Below, in pieces: positions 55,365 through 64,000 of a stretch of DNA of 64,000 bases. Source of the DNA: an uncultured Verrucomicrobiae bacterium (GTDB lineage Bacteria; Verrucomicrobiota; Verrucomicrobiia; Chthoniobacterales; UBA10450); the NCBI GenBank assembly GCA_963756875.1, contig CAVWPA010000003.1:1280001-1344000 (forward strand), in the 5' to 3' direction. The notes under the pieces are model-generated. The model did no database searches and was not told where the DNA came from. It worked only from the letters and a program-made list of their open reading frames with translations. A program made the translations under genes and the position numbers. The stretch's first letter is position 1, and every line of letters starts with the position of its first letter.

Positions 55365-57855
55365 ATGCGTGGTTTTTATCTCGGGGTTGTCTTTGCGGTT
55401 CTCGTTTCGTCATCGGCTTATGCCGACAAGAAAAAGCAGCCTAACGAGAACGATGAAAATAAGCCGTTGCCCACGATTGCGCAGAAGACGCGCGGGATGC
55501 AGGCGATGCCGGGCTTCTTCAATATTTATTGGGATGCGCCCGCCGGGAAAGTGTGGCTCGAGATTCCGAAGTTCGATTCGGAATTTCTTTACGTTGTTTC
55601 GCTCGCGGCGGGTGTCGGTTCGAACGATATCGGATTGGATCGCGGGCAGTTCGGCGATCTGGAAAGCGAGGTACGTCCGGCCCGAGCACCTGGTAAAGTT
55701 CGAGCGCGTGGGACCAAAGGTCCTGTTCGTCGAGCGAAATCTCGCGTTTCGCGCGGTCACGAAAAACGTCGACGAAAAGCGCGCGGTCGAGGAAGCGTTT
55801 GCGCGCTCGGTGCTGTGGGGATTCAAGGTAGAAGCCGAAGAGAATGGGCGCGTCCTGGTCGACGCGACGCCGTTCCTGCTCAATGACGCGCACGGCGTCG
55901 CTGAGAAGCTGAAGGAGAAGAAACAGGGGAAATACAAAGTCGATGACGCGCGGTCGGCGATCTATCTCCCGTTCACGAAAAATTTCCCGAAGAACACGGA
56001 GTTTGAAGCGACGCTGACTTTTGCCGGTGAGCCGACCGGAAAATGGATAAAGTCCGTCACGCCCGTTCCCCAGGCGGTGACGGTGCGCGAGCATCATTCC
56101 TTCGTCGAGCTGCCGGACAATCAATATCAGCCACGCGCTTTCGATCCGCGTTGCGGCTATTTCATGATGAGCTACGCGGACTACGCGACGCCGATTCAGG
56201 ATCCGCTGGTGAAACGGTTCATTATCCGGCATCGCCTGCGCAAGAAGGATCCCAACGCGGCCATGAGCGAGCCGGTGCAACCGATCGTTTACTATGTCGA
56301 TTCCGGCGCGCCGGAACCGATCCGGTCGGCGTTGATCGAAGGCGCCTCGTGGTGGAACCAGGCATTCGAAGCGGCCGGCTACAAAAATGCGTTCCAGGTG
56401 AAGGTGTTGCCGGAAGGAGCCGATCCGATGGACCTGCGTTATAACGTGATCGAATGGGTGCACCGCTCGACGCGCGGCTGGTCGTACGGCAATGCGATCA
56501 TCGATCCAAGGACGGGCGAGATCATCAAGGGACAGGTGTCGTTAGGCTCGCTGCGTGTGCGGCAGGATTTTCTCATCGCGCAAGGGTTGGTGGAAGCTTA
56601 CGCCAACGGCGCGACGCCCGATCCGCGCCTGCTCGAATTGTCGCTGGCGCGGTTGCGGCAACTGGCGGCGCACGAAGTCGGCCACACGCTTGGATTGCAG
56701 CATAACTTTGCCGCCAGCACACAGGACCGCGCGTCGGTGATGGATTATCCGCCGCCGGTGGTGACCATTGATAAGAACGGCAACATCGATCTGAGCCACG
56801 CCTACGCGACCGGTATCGGCGCGTGGGACAAGCGAACGATTCTTTACGGTTACCAGGATTTTCCGCGCGGGACCAGTCAGTCGGCAGGGCTGGCGGCCAT
56901 TCTGAAGGAAAATATCGCGAAAGGTTTTCGTTATCTGACCGATGCCGATGCGCGGCCGCCGGGAAGCGCGAATCCTTTCGCGCACTTGTGGGACAACGGC
57001 GCATCGGCGACAGACGAATTGAATCGCCTCATCAAAGTGCGCGCGCTCGCTTTGGATCGCTTGAGCGAGAAGAACATTCCGCCGGGCGCGCCGGTGGCGA
57101 CGCTCGAAAACGTGCTGGTGCCGGTTTATTTGATGCATCGTTTCCAGGCCGAAGCTGCGACGAAACTGGTGGGTGGAGTGAATTACACCTACGCGGCGCG
57201 CGGTGATGGCCAAACGACAATGAACGAACCGCTTCCGCCGGACCAACAACGCGCCGCGCTCACCGCGGTGTTGCAAACTTTGCGGCCCGATTTTCTCGAG
57301 CTGCCGGCGAAACTGGTCGCGATGCTGCCGCCGCGGCCGCCCGGTTATCCGCGAGACCGCGAATTGTTCGATTCACACGACGGGCTGGTGTTCGATCCGC
57401 AGGCGGCGGCGGAAAGCTGGATCAATGCCGAACTGGATCTGTTGCTCAACCCGGAGCGTCTTTCGCGGATTGTTGCGCAGAACGCGAACGCGCCGAAAGG
57501 GCTTTCGTTGAACGAACTTTTCGACGCGGTTTTGCAAACCGCGGCGCGCACCGCCAAGCAAACAGGGCCGCAGAAAGAAATCGCGCGCGCGCTGGAAAAG
57601 CAGTTCCTGAATCATCTCCTCAAACTTGCGCTCAATCACGAAACCGAGCCGCAGGTCAACGCGTTTGCCTTGCAGCAGATCGCCGAGTTGGACGCGAAAT
57701 GGAAAGCGCGTTCATCGAACGATCCGGCGGAGAAGGCGCAGAATGCGTATTTGCTCTCGCAGATCGATCAGTTCCGGCGCGATCCGAAAGCGCTGGAGAT
57801 ACCGAAACCGCCGCGCATTCCGGATGGATCGCCGATTGGGGAGGCAAAGTGGTAA
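55365..57855 (+). CDS. Secreted zinc metalloprotease (DUF5117/DUF4953, EcxA-like), frameshift near 55670
   Basis: Signal peptide from ATG 55365; DPRTGEI, metzincin motif HEVGHTLGLQH and Met-turn SVMDY. Confidence 0.9.
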
Positions 57856-58148
57856 GGGCGAAGCGCGAAGCGCTAAGCGGTAAGGGGCAAGGGCGAAAGA
57901 GCTTGGAGCGGGGAGTAAGGAGCGAGGAGAGATTGCGGATTGCGGAGGGGATGTCGGAGATCTTGGAGCCGGCGCCAGGACTTCGCGCAACGCTATAGTT
58001 TACCAAGAGGCTGCCAGCTATGGGGAGCGGGGAGCAAACGCCGGACGTCGTTGTGGAAGGCGCAGCACCAGGGGCGTTTTGTCTATTCTATATATAAATT
58101 ATGGGATTTTCCAGAATTTCTGGCACGGATTTAGCAGTATTAGGACGC

Positions 58149-58403
58149 ATGGCCAGGGTTTTTGAAGGGGCAGGGGAAGACGCGGGGCACGAGTCTGCCG
58201 CGACGTTCAAGAGAATGTTTGTGACTCTGATCGTTCTTGGGATTGTGTATGCCTTTTGCGAAGGCCTGATGCTGACCGTGCTCACAACCCATCGAGCGCT
58301 CGGCTTGCTGTTTTTGAGTGCGATGACCGCCGCCTTTCTTTGGTGGCTCGCCCATTACGCGAATAGACGGGGCGTCGACGCGGAGAAGAAGAGCAAGGGC
58401 TAA
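58149..58403 (+). CDS. Small two-TM membrane protein
   Basis: Two hydrophobic helices; start uncertain. Confidence 0.55.
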   Translation: MARVFEGAGEDAGHESAATFKRMFVTLIVLGIVYAFCEGLMLTVLTTHRALGLLFLSAMTAAFLWWLAHYANRRGVDAEKKSKG

Positions 58404-58601
58404 GGACAAAAAGGTAAGAGCGCGGAGCTAGGAGCACGGAGGCGGAAAAGGGCAAACGCCGAACGCCCAACTCCGAAAGCCTTCGCGAGCAGGCGCCCAA
58501 CGCCTGCCTCTACAGAAGAGAAGGGCGGAAGTCCGAGGAGGCTAAGGGCTGAAAGGGTTGGATATTTAGACGGTTCACGCGTTACTTCAACGCAAACGCG
58601 C

Positions 58602-59762
58602 GTGAAGGTAGGCGGACAACATTTTCGGACGATCTGGCTTAAGCCGGAAAATGAGCAGGTCGTGCAGTTGATCGATCAGAGATTTTTGCCGCACCGTTTC
58701 GTGATCGAGGAAGTCAGCACGGTTGCGCAGATGGCGACCGCAATCCGGGAAATGCATGTGCGGGGAGCGGGCTTGATCGGCGCGAGCGCTGGATACGGGA
58801 TGTACCTTGCGGCAATCGAGGCGGCAGGGAGCGATTCGTTTGATCAACACCTGGCCGACGCAGCGGTCCGACTTAAAGCTACCAGGCCGACAGCGGTGAA
58901 TCTGACATGGGCGGTTGAGCGGCAATTGACCAGTATCGCCAAAGGAAAGTCCGAGCTCGCCACCGGACGAGTCCGTCCGACTGGCGGACCGGACTGGCAC
59001 GATACGGCGCGGGAAAAGATTGATGTTGCTCTGCGCACAGCCAAAGAGATTGCCGAGCAAGATGAGGAACATTGCCGGATGATCGGGCAGCACGGTCTAA
59101 ATCTCATCGAGGAGATTGCCCGGAAGAAGGAAGGGAAGCCGGTCAATGTCTTGACGCATTGCAACGCCGGATGGCTGGCGTTTGTGGATTACGGGTCCGC
59201 TCTGGCGCCCGTTTACGCCGCTTACGATCGCGGTTTAGCGGTTCATGTATGGGTCGACGAAACCCGGCCACGAAACCAGGGATCCAAGCTCACCGCCTGG
59301 GAACTGGGTCAACATGGTGTGCCGCATACGATCATCGCGGACAACGCCGGCGGGCATTTGATGCAGCGTGGGGCGGTCGATCTTGTGATTGTCGGATCGG
59401 ATCGAACCACCTGCACCGGAGACGTGGCGAACAAGATCGGAACGTATCTGAAGGCGCTGGCTGCGCACGACAACGAGATTCCTTTCTACGTGGCGTTGCC
59501 TTCATCTTCATTTGACTGGACCATCCGCAACGGCTCCGAAATTCCGATCGAGGAACGCGGCGCAGAAGAGATCAAGCGCGCTGACGGCTGGCGGAACGGC
59601 CAAATGCTGGAGGTCAGCGTTGCGCCGGAAGGCAGTCCCGCGGCGAACTATGGATTCGACGTGACGCCGCGACGCCTGGTGACCGGGCTCATTACCGAGC
59701 GGGGCGTTTGTAAAGCCAACGAAAAAGGCATCCTCGAACTTTTTCCCGAGCACGCGTCGTGA
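58602..59762 (+). CDS. mtnA: S-methyl-5-thioribose-1-phosphate isomerase
   Basis: IDQR.LP, VRGA, TRPTAVNL, THCNAG.LA, ETRP..QG and NKIGTY motifs. Confidence 0.93.
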   Translation: MKVGGQHFRTIWLKPENEQVVQLIDQRFLPHRFVIEEVSTVAQMATAIREMHVRGAGLIGASAGYGMYLAAIEAAGSDSFDQHLADAAVRLKATRPTAVNLTWAVERQLTSIAKGKSELATGRVRPTGGPDWHDTAREKIDVALRTAKEIAEQDEEHCRMIGQHGLNLIEEIARKKEGKPVNVLTHCNAGWLAFVDYGSALAPVYAAYDRGLAVHVWVDETRPRNQGSKLTAWELGQHGVPHTIIADNAGGHLMQRGAVDLVIVGSDRTTCTGDVANKIGTYLKALAAHDNEIPFYVALPSSSFDWTIRNGSEIPIEERGAEEIKRADGWRNGQMLEVSVAPEGSPAANYGFDVTPRRLVTGLITERGVCKANEKGILELFPEHAS

Positions 59763-60364
59763 GCGAAACGGGCTCAGTAAAGTTCACATGCCAACAGGTG
59801 GCGGCGGAGAGCCCCCGCTTCGCCGGATTTGCCGAACTGAACAAATGCCGGCGCAAACTTCTTGAACTTGGGATGATCGGCGTGGATGCGAGTGGCGTCG
59901 GTTTTGGAAATCTAAGTATACGAGACGGCGCGACCTCGTGGTTTTACATCACAGGCTCGGCAACCGGAGGGATCGCCGAGCTCACTGCGGCGGATTATGC
60001 GAAAGTGGTTGCTTACGATTTCGCGAGGAACTGGCTCCAGTGCGAGGGATCCACAGTTGCGTCATCGGAGTCGCTTACACATGCGGCTGTTTACGAATCG
60101 GATCCAACCGCTCGCGCGGTGATTCATTGTCATGACATGAAGTTATGGGCGGCGCTTCTGGACAAAGCTCCGACGACGCCGAAGAAGCTGGACTATGGGA
60201 CACCCGAAATGGCCTACGCGGTTCGGCATCTTTTCGGCGTCACAGATGTGAAAAGGAGAAAGATTTTTGTTATGGCGGGGCATGATGGAGGTGTGGTGAC
60301 GTTTGGGAGAGATCTGCAAGACGCATTTCGAACCTTGATGCGCTCCGGCGGGCGAAGCCTCTGA
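59759..60364 (+). CDS. Class II aldolase/adducin family protein
   Basis: GNLS.R, ITGS, ASSE..TH..VY, VIHCH, YGT.E.A and GH.GG motifs; overlaps the mtnA stop. Confidence 0.85.
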   Translation: MSETGSVKFTCQQVAAESPRFAGFAELNKCRRKLLELGMIGVDASGVGFGNLSIRDGATSWFYITGSATGGIAELTAADYAKVVAYDFARNWLQCEGSTVASSESLTHAAVYESDPTARAVIHCHDMKLWAALLDKAPTTPKKLDYGTPEMAYAVRHLFGVTDVKRRKIFVMAGHDGGVVTFGRDLQDAFRTLMRSGGRSL

Positions 60365-60402
60365 AGTCGGAAGTCAGACGTCGGCCGAGAAAGTTTTGAG
60401 TT

Positions 60403-60840
60403 TTAAGCGGCGGAAGCTCGGGAGCTGACGGTGAGGTGCTCGCTGGGAATCGTGTTTTCGCTTTCTGTCTCTGCTTCTTCTTCCTGCTGGAGTGTTCGAG
60501 CGACGGCGTCGAGCATTGCCTCGAGCCGTTCCAGACGCACCGGTTTTGCCAGGAGAGCCATGGCGCCCGATTTGTCCGTTTCGTACGACGGCGACCATCC
60601 TGAAACGAGAATGATGCGAGCCGAGGGATCCCTGGCCAGAATGTTGCGGCACGCGGTCGCTCCGTTGAGTCTCGGCATCAGGTAATCCATCAACACGACA
60701 TCCGGATGATGCCGGGTGTAGCCCAGGATAGCTTCCAAGCCGGAACCGACCACCTCCACCACTTCGTGGTTACAGTAGCCAACAAGCTCCGCCAGTGAAG
60801 TTCCCACGCTTCTTTGATCGTCGGCGATCAACACCCGCAT
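60403..60840 (-). CDS. Single-domain response regulator
   Basis: VLIADD, PDVVLMDYLMP, VSG and KP motifs. Confidence 0.88.
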   Translation of the reverse strand: MRVLIADDQRSVGTSLAELVGYCNHEVVEVVGSGLEAILGYTRHHPDVVLMDYLMPRLNGATACRNILARDPSARIILVSGWSPSYETDKSGAMALLAKPVRLERLEAMLDAVARTLQQEEEAETESENTIPSEHLTVSSRASAA

Positions 60841-61182
60841 ACAGCTTTTTGCAGAAGCTTCCGTGCCAAGCCCGCCGGGGGTAAGAGGTAAGGGCAAAGG
60901 GGGAGGCGTTCGCCACGGCGGACGCGGTTATCCGTAATCTGTTATTGGTTATCGGGAAGCAGACGCGGGAAGTCGGATGGCGGAGAAGCAAACGCCTCTC
61001 CGAGCCGTATGGCTCTACGAGCAGGAGGCGAACACTCAACTCCGAAAGCCTTCGCCCACCGCGGCGGGCAGGCTGAGCAGGCGTCCAACCTTAAATACAG
61101 ATCAGAGGTCTCGCCACGGCGAGTGAACTGCGGTCGGAAACCGGACGTCGAAAGTAGACTGACGCTTTTTCCGGTCTGCTGT

Positions 61183-62160
61183 TTATCTTATCATTCTCGG
61201 CGACGGCGACGGCGTTGGTTTGCCCTTGGTCTGTGGCGTCCTCATCCTTGTCGATCTGGTATGCGAAACGGAATTGCCAGACTGCGTCGGCGTAGCGTGT
61301 GTGCGTAACCTTCTCCGCGGCTTCGGAGTCGACTTTACATTACGGAGCGGACGCTTTGTGTGACTCGGAGTCGGCGTCTGACGGACTCTAACGGGAACTC
61401 CTGTGATTCCCGGCGGCTGGTTTGGCGTCGGCGTGCGGCGCACAGGCGGCGGGAGCGTTGGCGTTGGCGTTGGAGTCCAATTCGGCCGTGTGGGCGTGGG
61501 CGTCGGCTGACGTCTCGGCGGAGTTGGCGTTGGCGTCGGCGTGCGTTCGGGCGGAGTAGGAGTAGGAGTGGGAGTGGGCCGGTGGCAGGGAGGAGGGCAC
61601 GGTAGCGGGAACCACCAGCAGGGAGGCGGCTCGCGCGGACACGGAGGGTGCCTGCCCGGCGGGCCATGCCATTTGTAACAACCACAATTGCTTTCCCACC
61701 ACCAACCGCCGCCCTCTTGAATCCAAACCCATTGACAACAGACGTACGACCATTGCCCGCCAGCCACGGGGATCGGCGTCAGCAAAAAGGCGTGTTTAGC
61801 GCCGTTCGTAGTGATTCCTTCGCCCACGATGAGGCAGGAATCGTTGATCGTCTTCGCTACCGTAAGGACACGAAAATCGCTTTTCGAAAGGTCGCACAGC
61901 GTGTTGAGATCAAACATTTGGCCGTTGGCATAAAGGAACGCGTGTTCAGAGTTGTCGTTCGTGGTCGATGATCCAACGATCATCCCAGCTGCGTTGGTGC
62001 CCTGCGCGGTGATGCCGTTGGCCGTGCTGGTAGCTCCACCGAGTGTTCCCAGATCGACGACGTCGTAGCTTTCACTTACGACCGTTTGCGCCTGTGCTCG
62101 GCTGAAAGCCAAGAGGAGGAGGAATATTGCTGCAAAACCGACTTTGTTTTTCGCTTTCAT
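61183..62160 (-). CDS. Secreted HAF-repeat protein with Cys/Trp-rich segment and Pro/Thr tail
   Basis: Signal peptide; DLGTLGG, HAFLY and HAFLLTP; PT repeats. Confidence 0.8.
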   Translation of the reverse strand: MKAKNKVGFAAIFLLLLAFSRAQAQTVVSESYDVVDLGTLGGATSTANGITAQGTNAAGMIVGSSTTNDNSEHAFLYANGQMFDLNTLCDLSKSDFRVLTVAKTINDSCLIVGEGITTNGAKHAFLLTPIPVAGGQWSYVCCQWVWIQEGGGWWWESNCGCYKWHGPPGRHPPCPREPPPCWWFPLPCPPPCHRPTPTPTPTPPERTPTPTPTPPRRQPTPTPTRPNWTPTPTPTLPPPVRRTPTPNQPPGITGVPVRVRQTPTPSHTKRPLRNVKSTPKPRRRLRTHATPTQSGNSVSHTRSTRMRTPQTKGKPTPSPSPRMIR

Positions 62161-62375
62161 GGCAGTGGTCCGTCTTAATCCGACTTACCCAGTGGTTGCC
62201 CCTGTAAGCTTCGGCGTTACGTTTATGCTTCGGCTTCAGATTTGTCAATTCCTTTGCCGAGGCCGGAGGTCGGACGTCGGACGAAAGAAGACAGAGATAG
62301 CAAAAGCAAACGCAAACGCCGAACGGCGGTCCGGCAGCTGCCGGACCGTGGCTACAACTGAAACCGAAAGTCTGC

Positions 62376-62816
62376 CTAACTGCTCGGGGGAGTGGTCGAT
62401 TGGCTGCCGAGACTTTGCAGGAGCGACGGGATCAGACTGGCCAGGCCTTGTTGATGGTCGGCATTGGGATCGATCTTTCCCGCAGGCGTCAGTTTATCGA
62501 CAACTTTGGGAAGGTATTCAGCCAGAAACTGCGAGGCTTGGTTTGGATCGACGCCCAGTTTTGCGGCGAGCGCCCTGACCTGGTCCGACCCAAGCACCTT
62601 TTGGATTTGATCGCTGGAAATCGGCTGGTTTTGTCCGGTGCCGACCCAGGAACTAAATGTGTTCCCATGACCGGCTTGCGAAAATTTGCTCATCAGGCCT
62701 TGCAGCCCACCGCTCTGTTCGAGGAGGCCGCCCAAAACTCCGACGATTGGGTTCGTGCCGCCGGGGGCTCCAGTCTGCCCGCTCACTGCGCCGAGTATTG
62801 AATCGAGTAATCCCAC
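62376..62816 (-). CDS. YidB/DUF937 family protein
   Basis: GGLQGL..KF..AG....SSWVGTG.N.PIS and LP..VDKLTP.G motifs. Confidence 0.9.
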   Translation of the reverse strand: MGLLDSILGAVSGQTGAPGGTNPIVGVLGGLLEQSGGLQGLMSKFSQAGHGNTFSSWVGTGQNQPISSDQIQKVLGSDQVRALAAKLGVDPNQASQFLAEYLPKVVDKLTPAGKIDPNADHQQGLASLIPSLLQSLGSQSTTPPSS

Positions 62817-62911
62817 AACTTTGTTCCTTTCTTGGTTGATTGGTTTAGCAATGAAAATCGTACCAAAAGGGCGAACTGTCTATCTGTCATCCGGATTCAG
62901 AGATTTGAGGA

Positions 62912-64000
62912 TCAGCGCGATTGTGAAAGTGTCGGCGATGTAAATCCAGAACTAAACGGCAACGCACGTTCGTACCAGCGTTTTGAGCCGACGCAGGCGC
63001 GGCACACCGAGAGCATCACCGGCACCTCGACAAGCACACCTACGGCCACGGCCAGGGCGGCAGGGCTGGTCGCGCCGAAGAGCGTGATCGCCACTGCGAC
63101 GGCCAGCTCGAAGAAGTTGCTTGCACCGATGAGCGCGCCAGGGGTCGCGACGTTGTGCCGCACCTTGAACAAGCGCATGAGCAGGTAGGTGAGACTCGAG
63201 TTAAAATAAATCTGAATCAGAATGGGGATTGCCAGCAGCACGACCGCGAACCAGTTGTTGAGGATGTTCTCGGCTTGAAAGGCGAAGATCAAAACCAGCG
63301 TTCCAAGCAGCGCCACGATAGTCACAGGCCGGAACTTCGGCAGGAAAATCAAATCGAACCACGCGATACCTTTGCTGTTGATAAGCATGCTTCGACTGAT
63401 CCATCCGGCGGCCAAAGGAATCACGATGAATACCAGCACCGAAATGAACAGCACATGGCCGGGGATGTGGACGCCGGTGACGCCGACGAGGAACATCACG
63501 ATCGGCGCAAAGGCAAAGACCATGATGAGGTCGTTTACCGCTACTTGCGCCAGTGTGTAAGCTCCGTCGCCATCGGTCAGATAACTCCAAACGAACACCA
63601 TCGCCGTGCACGGTGCCGCCGCGAGGATGATCAATCCGGCGATGTAATTGCCTGCGGTTTGCGCATCGAACAATCCGAGCCAGCCGGAGAAAATCATCTT
63701 CACGAACACCCATCCCAACAGCGCCATGCTGAAAGGCTTGATCAGCCAGTTAACGAACAAGGTAATGAATAACCCTTTCGGCCGGGCGAACACACCCTTG
63801 ATGCCGCCGAAATCAATCTTGAGCATCATCGGATAGATCATCAGCCAGATCAGAATCGCGATGACGATGTTGACGTGGGAATCACTGCCAAACTCCCAGT
63901 GCGCGAGCGCAGTGGTGACATTCGGCAGGAGCTTGCCGAGGGCGAGTCCTGCCGCCATGCACAGCAGGACCCAGAACGACAGGTTCCGCTCGAAAAAGTC
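62912..64000 (-). CDS. acr3: ACR3-family arsenite efflux transporter (5' end beyond the window)
   Basis: [34 protein letters not shown] and [10 protein letters not shown] motifs. Confidence 0.93.
   Translation of the reverse strand, partial: DFFERNLSFWVLLCMAAGLALGKLLPNVTTALAHWEFGSDSHVNIVIAILIWLMIYPMMLKIDFGGIKGVFARPKGLFITLFVNWLIKPFSMALLGWVFVKMIFSGWLGLFDAQTAGNYIAGLIILAAAPCTAMVFVWSYLTDGDGAYTLAQVAVNDLIMVFAFAPIVMFLVGVTGVHIPGHVLFISVLVFIVIPLAAGWISRSMLINSKGIAWFDLIFLPKFRPVTIVALLGTLVLIFAFQAENILNNWFAVVLLAIPILIQIYFNSSLTYLLMRLFKVRHNVATPGALIGASNFFELAVAVAITLFGATSPAALAVAVGVLVEVPVMLSVCRACVGSKRWYERALPFSSGFTSPTLSQSR

Overview
This 64-kb window is bacterial and GC-rich. It most likely comes from a soil Verrucomicrobiota (Chthoniobacterales / Ca. 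Udaeobacter-like) genome; that is inferred from the PEP-CTERM proteins, the cyclase-TolB-TPR protein, the RpoZ type and the heptamer-rich intergenic repeats. It appears to be a long-read consensus, because many genes carry 1-nt indels, most densely at 37.9-48.4 kb. The left ~28 kb and right ~12 kb hold housekeeping and accessory genes: rpoZ, cardiolipin synthase, a SET methyltransferase, an aminotransferase, BLUF, stand-alone receiver domains, TMEM175, MFS, ferredoxin, mtnA plus a class II aldolase, an EcxA-like protease and acr3. The centre (~35-52 kb) is a defence island. Its core is a type I R-M operon with a five-gene cargo between hsdS and hsdR: CD-NTase (SMODS), S-4TM effector, stand-alone class III nucleotidyl cyclase, darT and darG. 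It is flanked by two toxin-antitoxin pairs and an OLD-family ATPase/TOPRIM gene. A second signal is non-coding. Orphan copies of gene 3' ends differ mainly at synonymous positions (the ...KARASVPQF* series and the OLD gene tail). Direct repeats flank single genes, and a modular family of tiny palindromes is present, one apparently inserted in-frame in mtnA. Together these suggest repeat-mediated cassette turnover. No rRNA, tRNA, CRISPR array, integrase or transposase was recognised.
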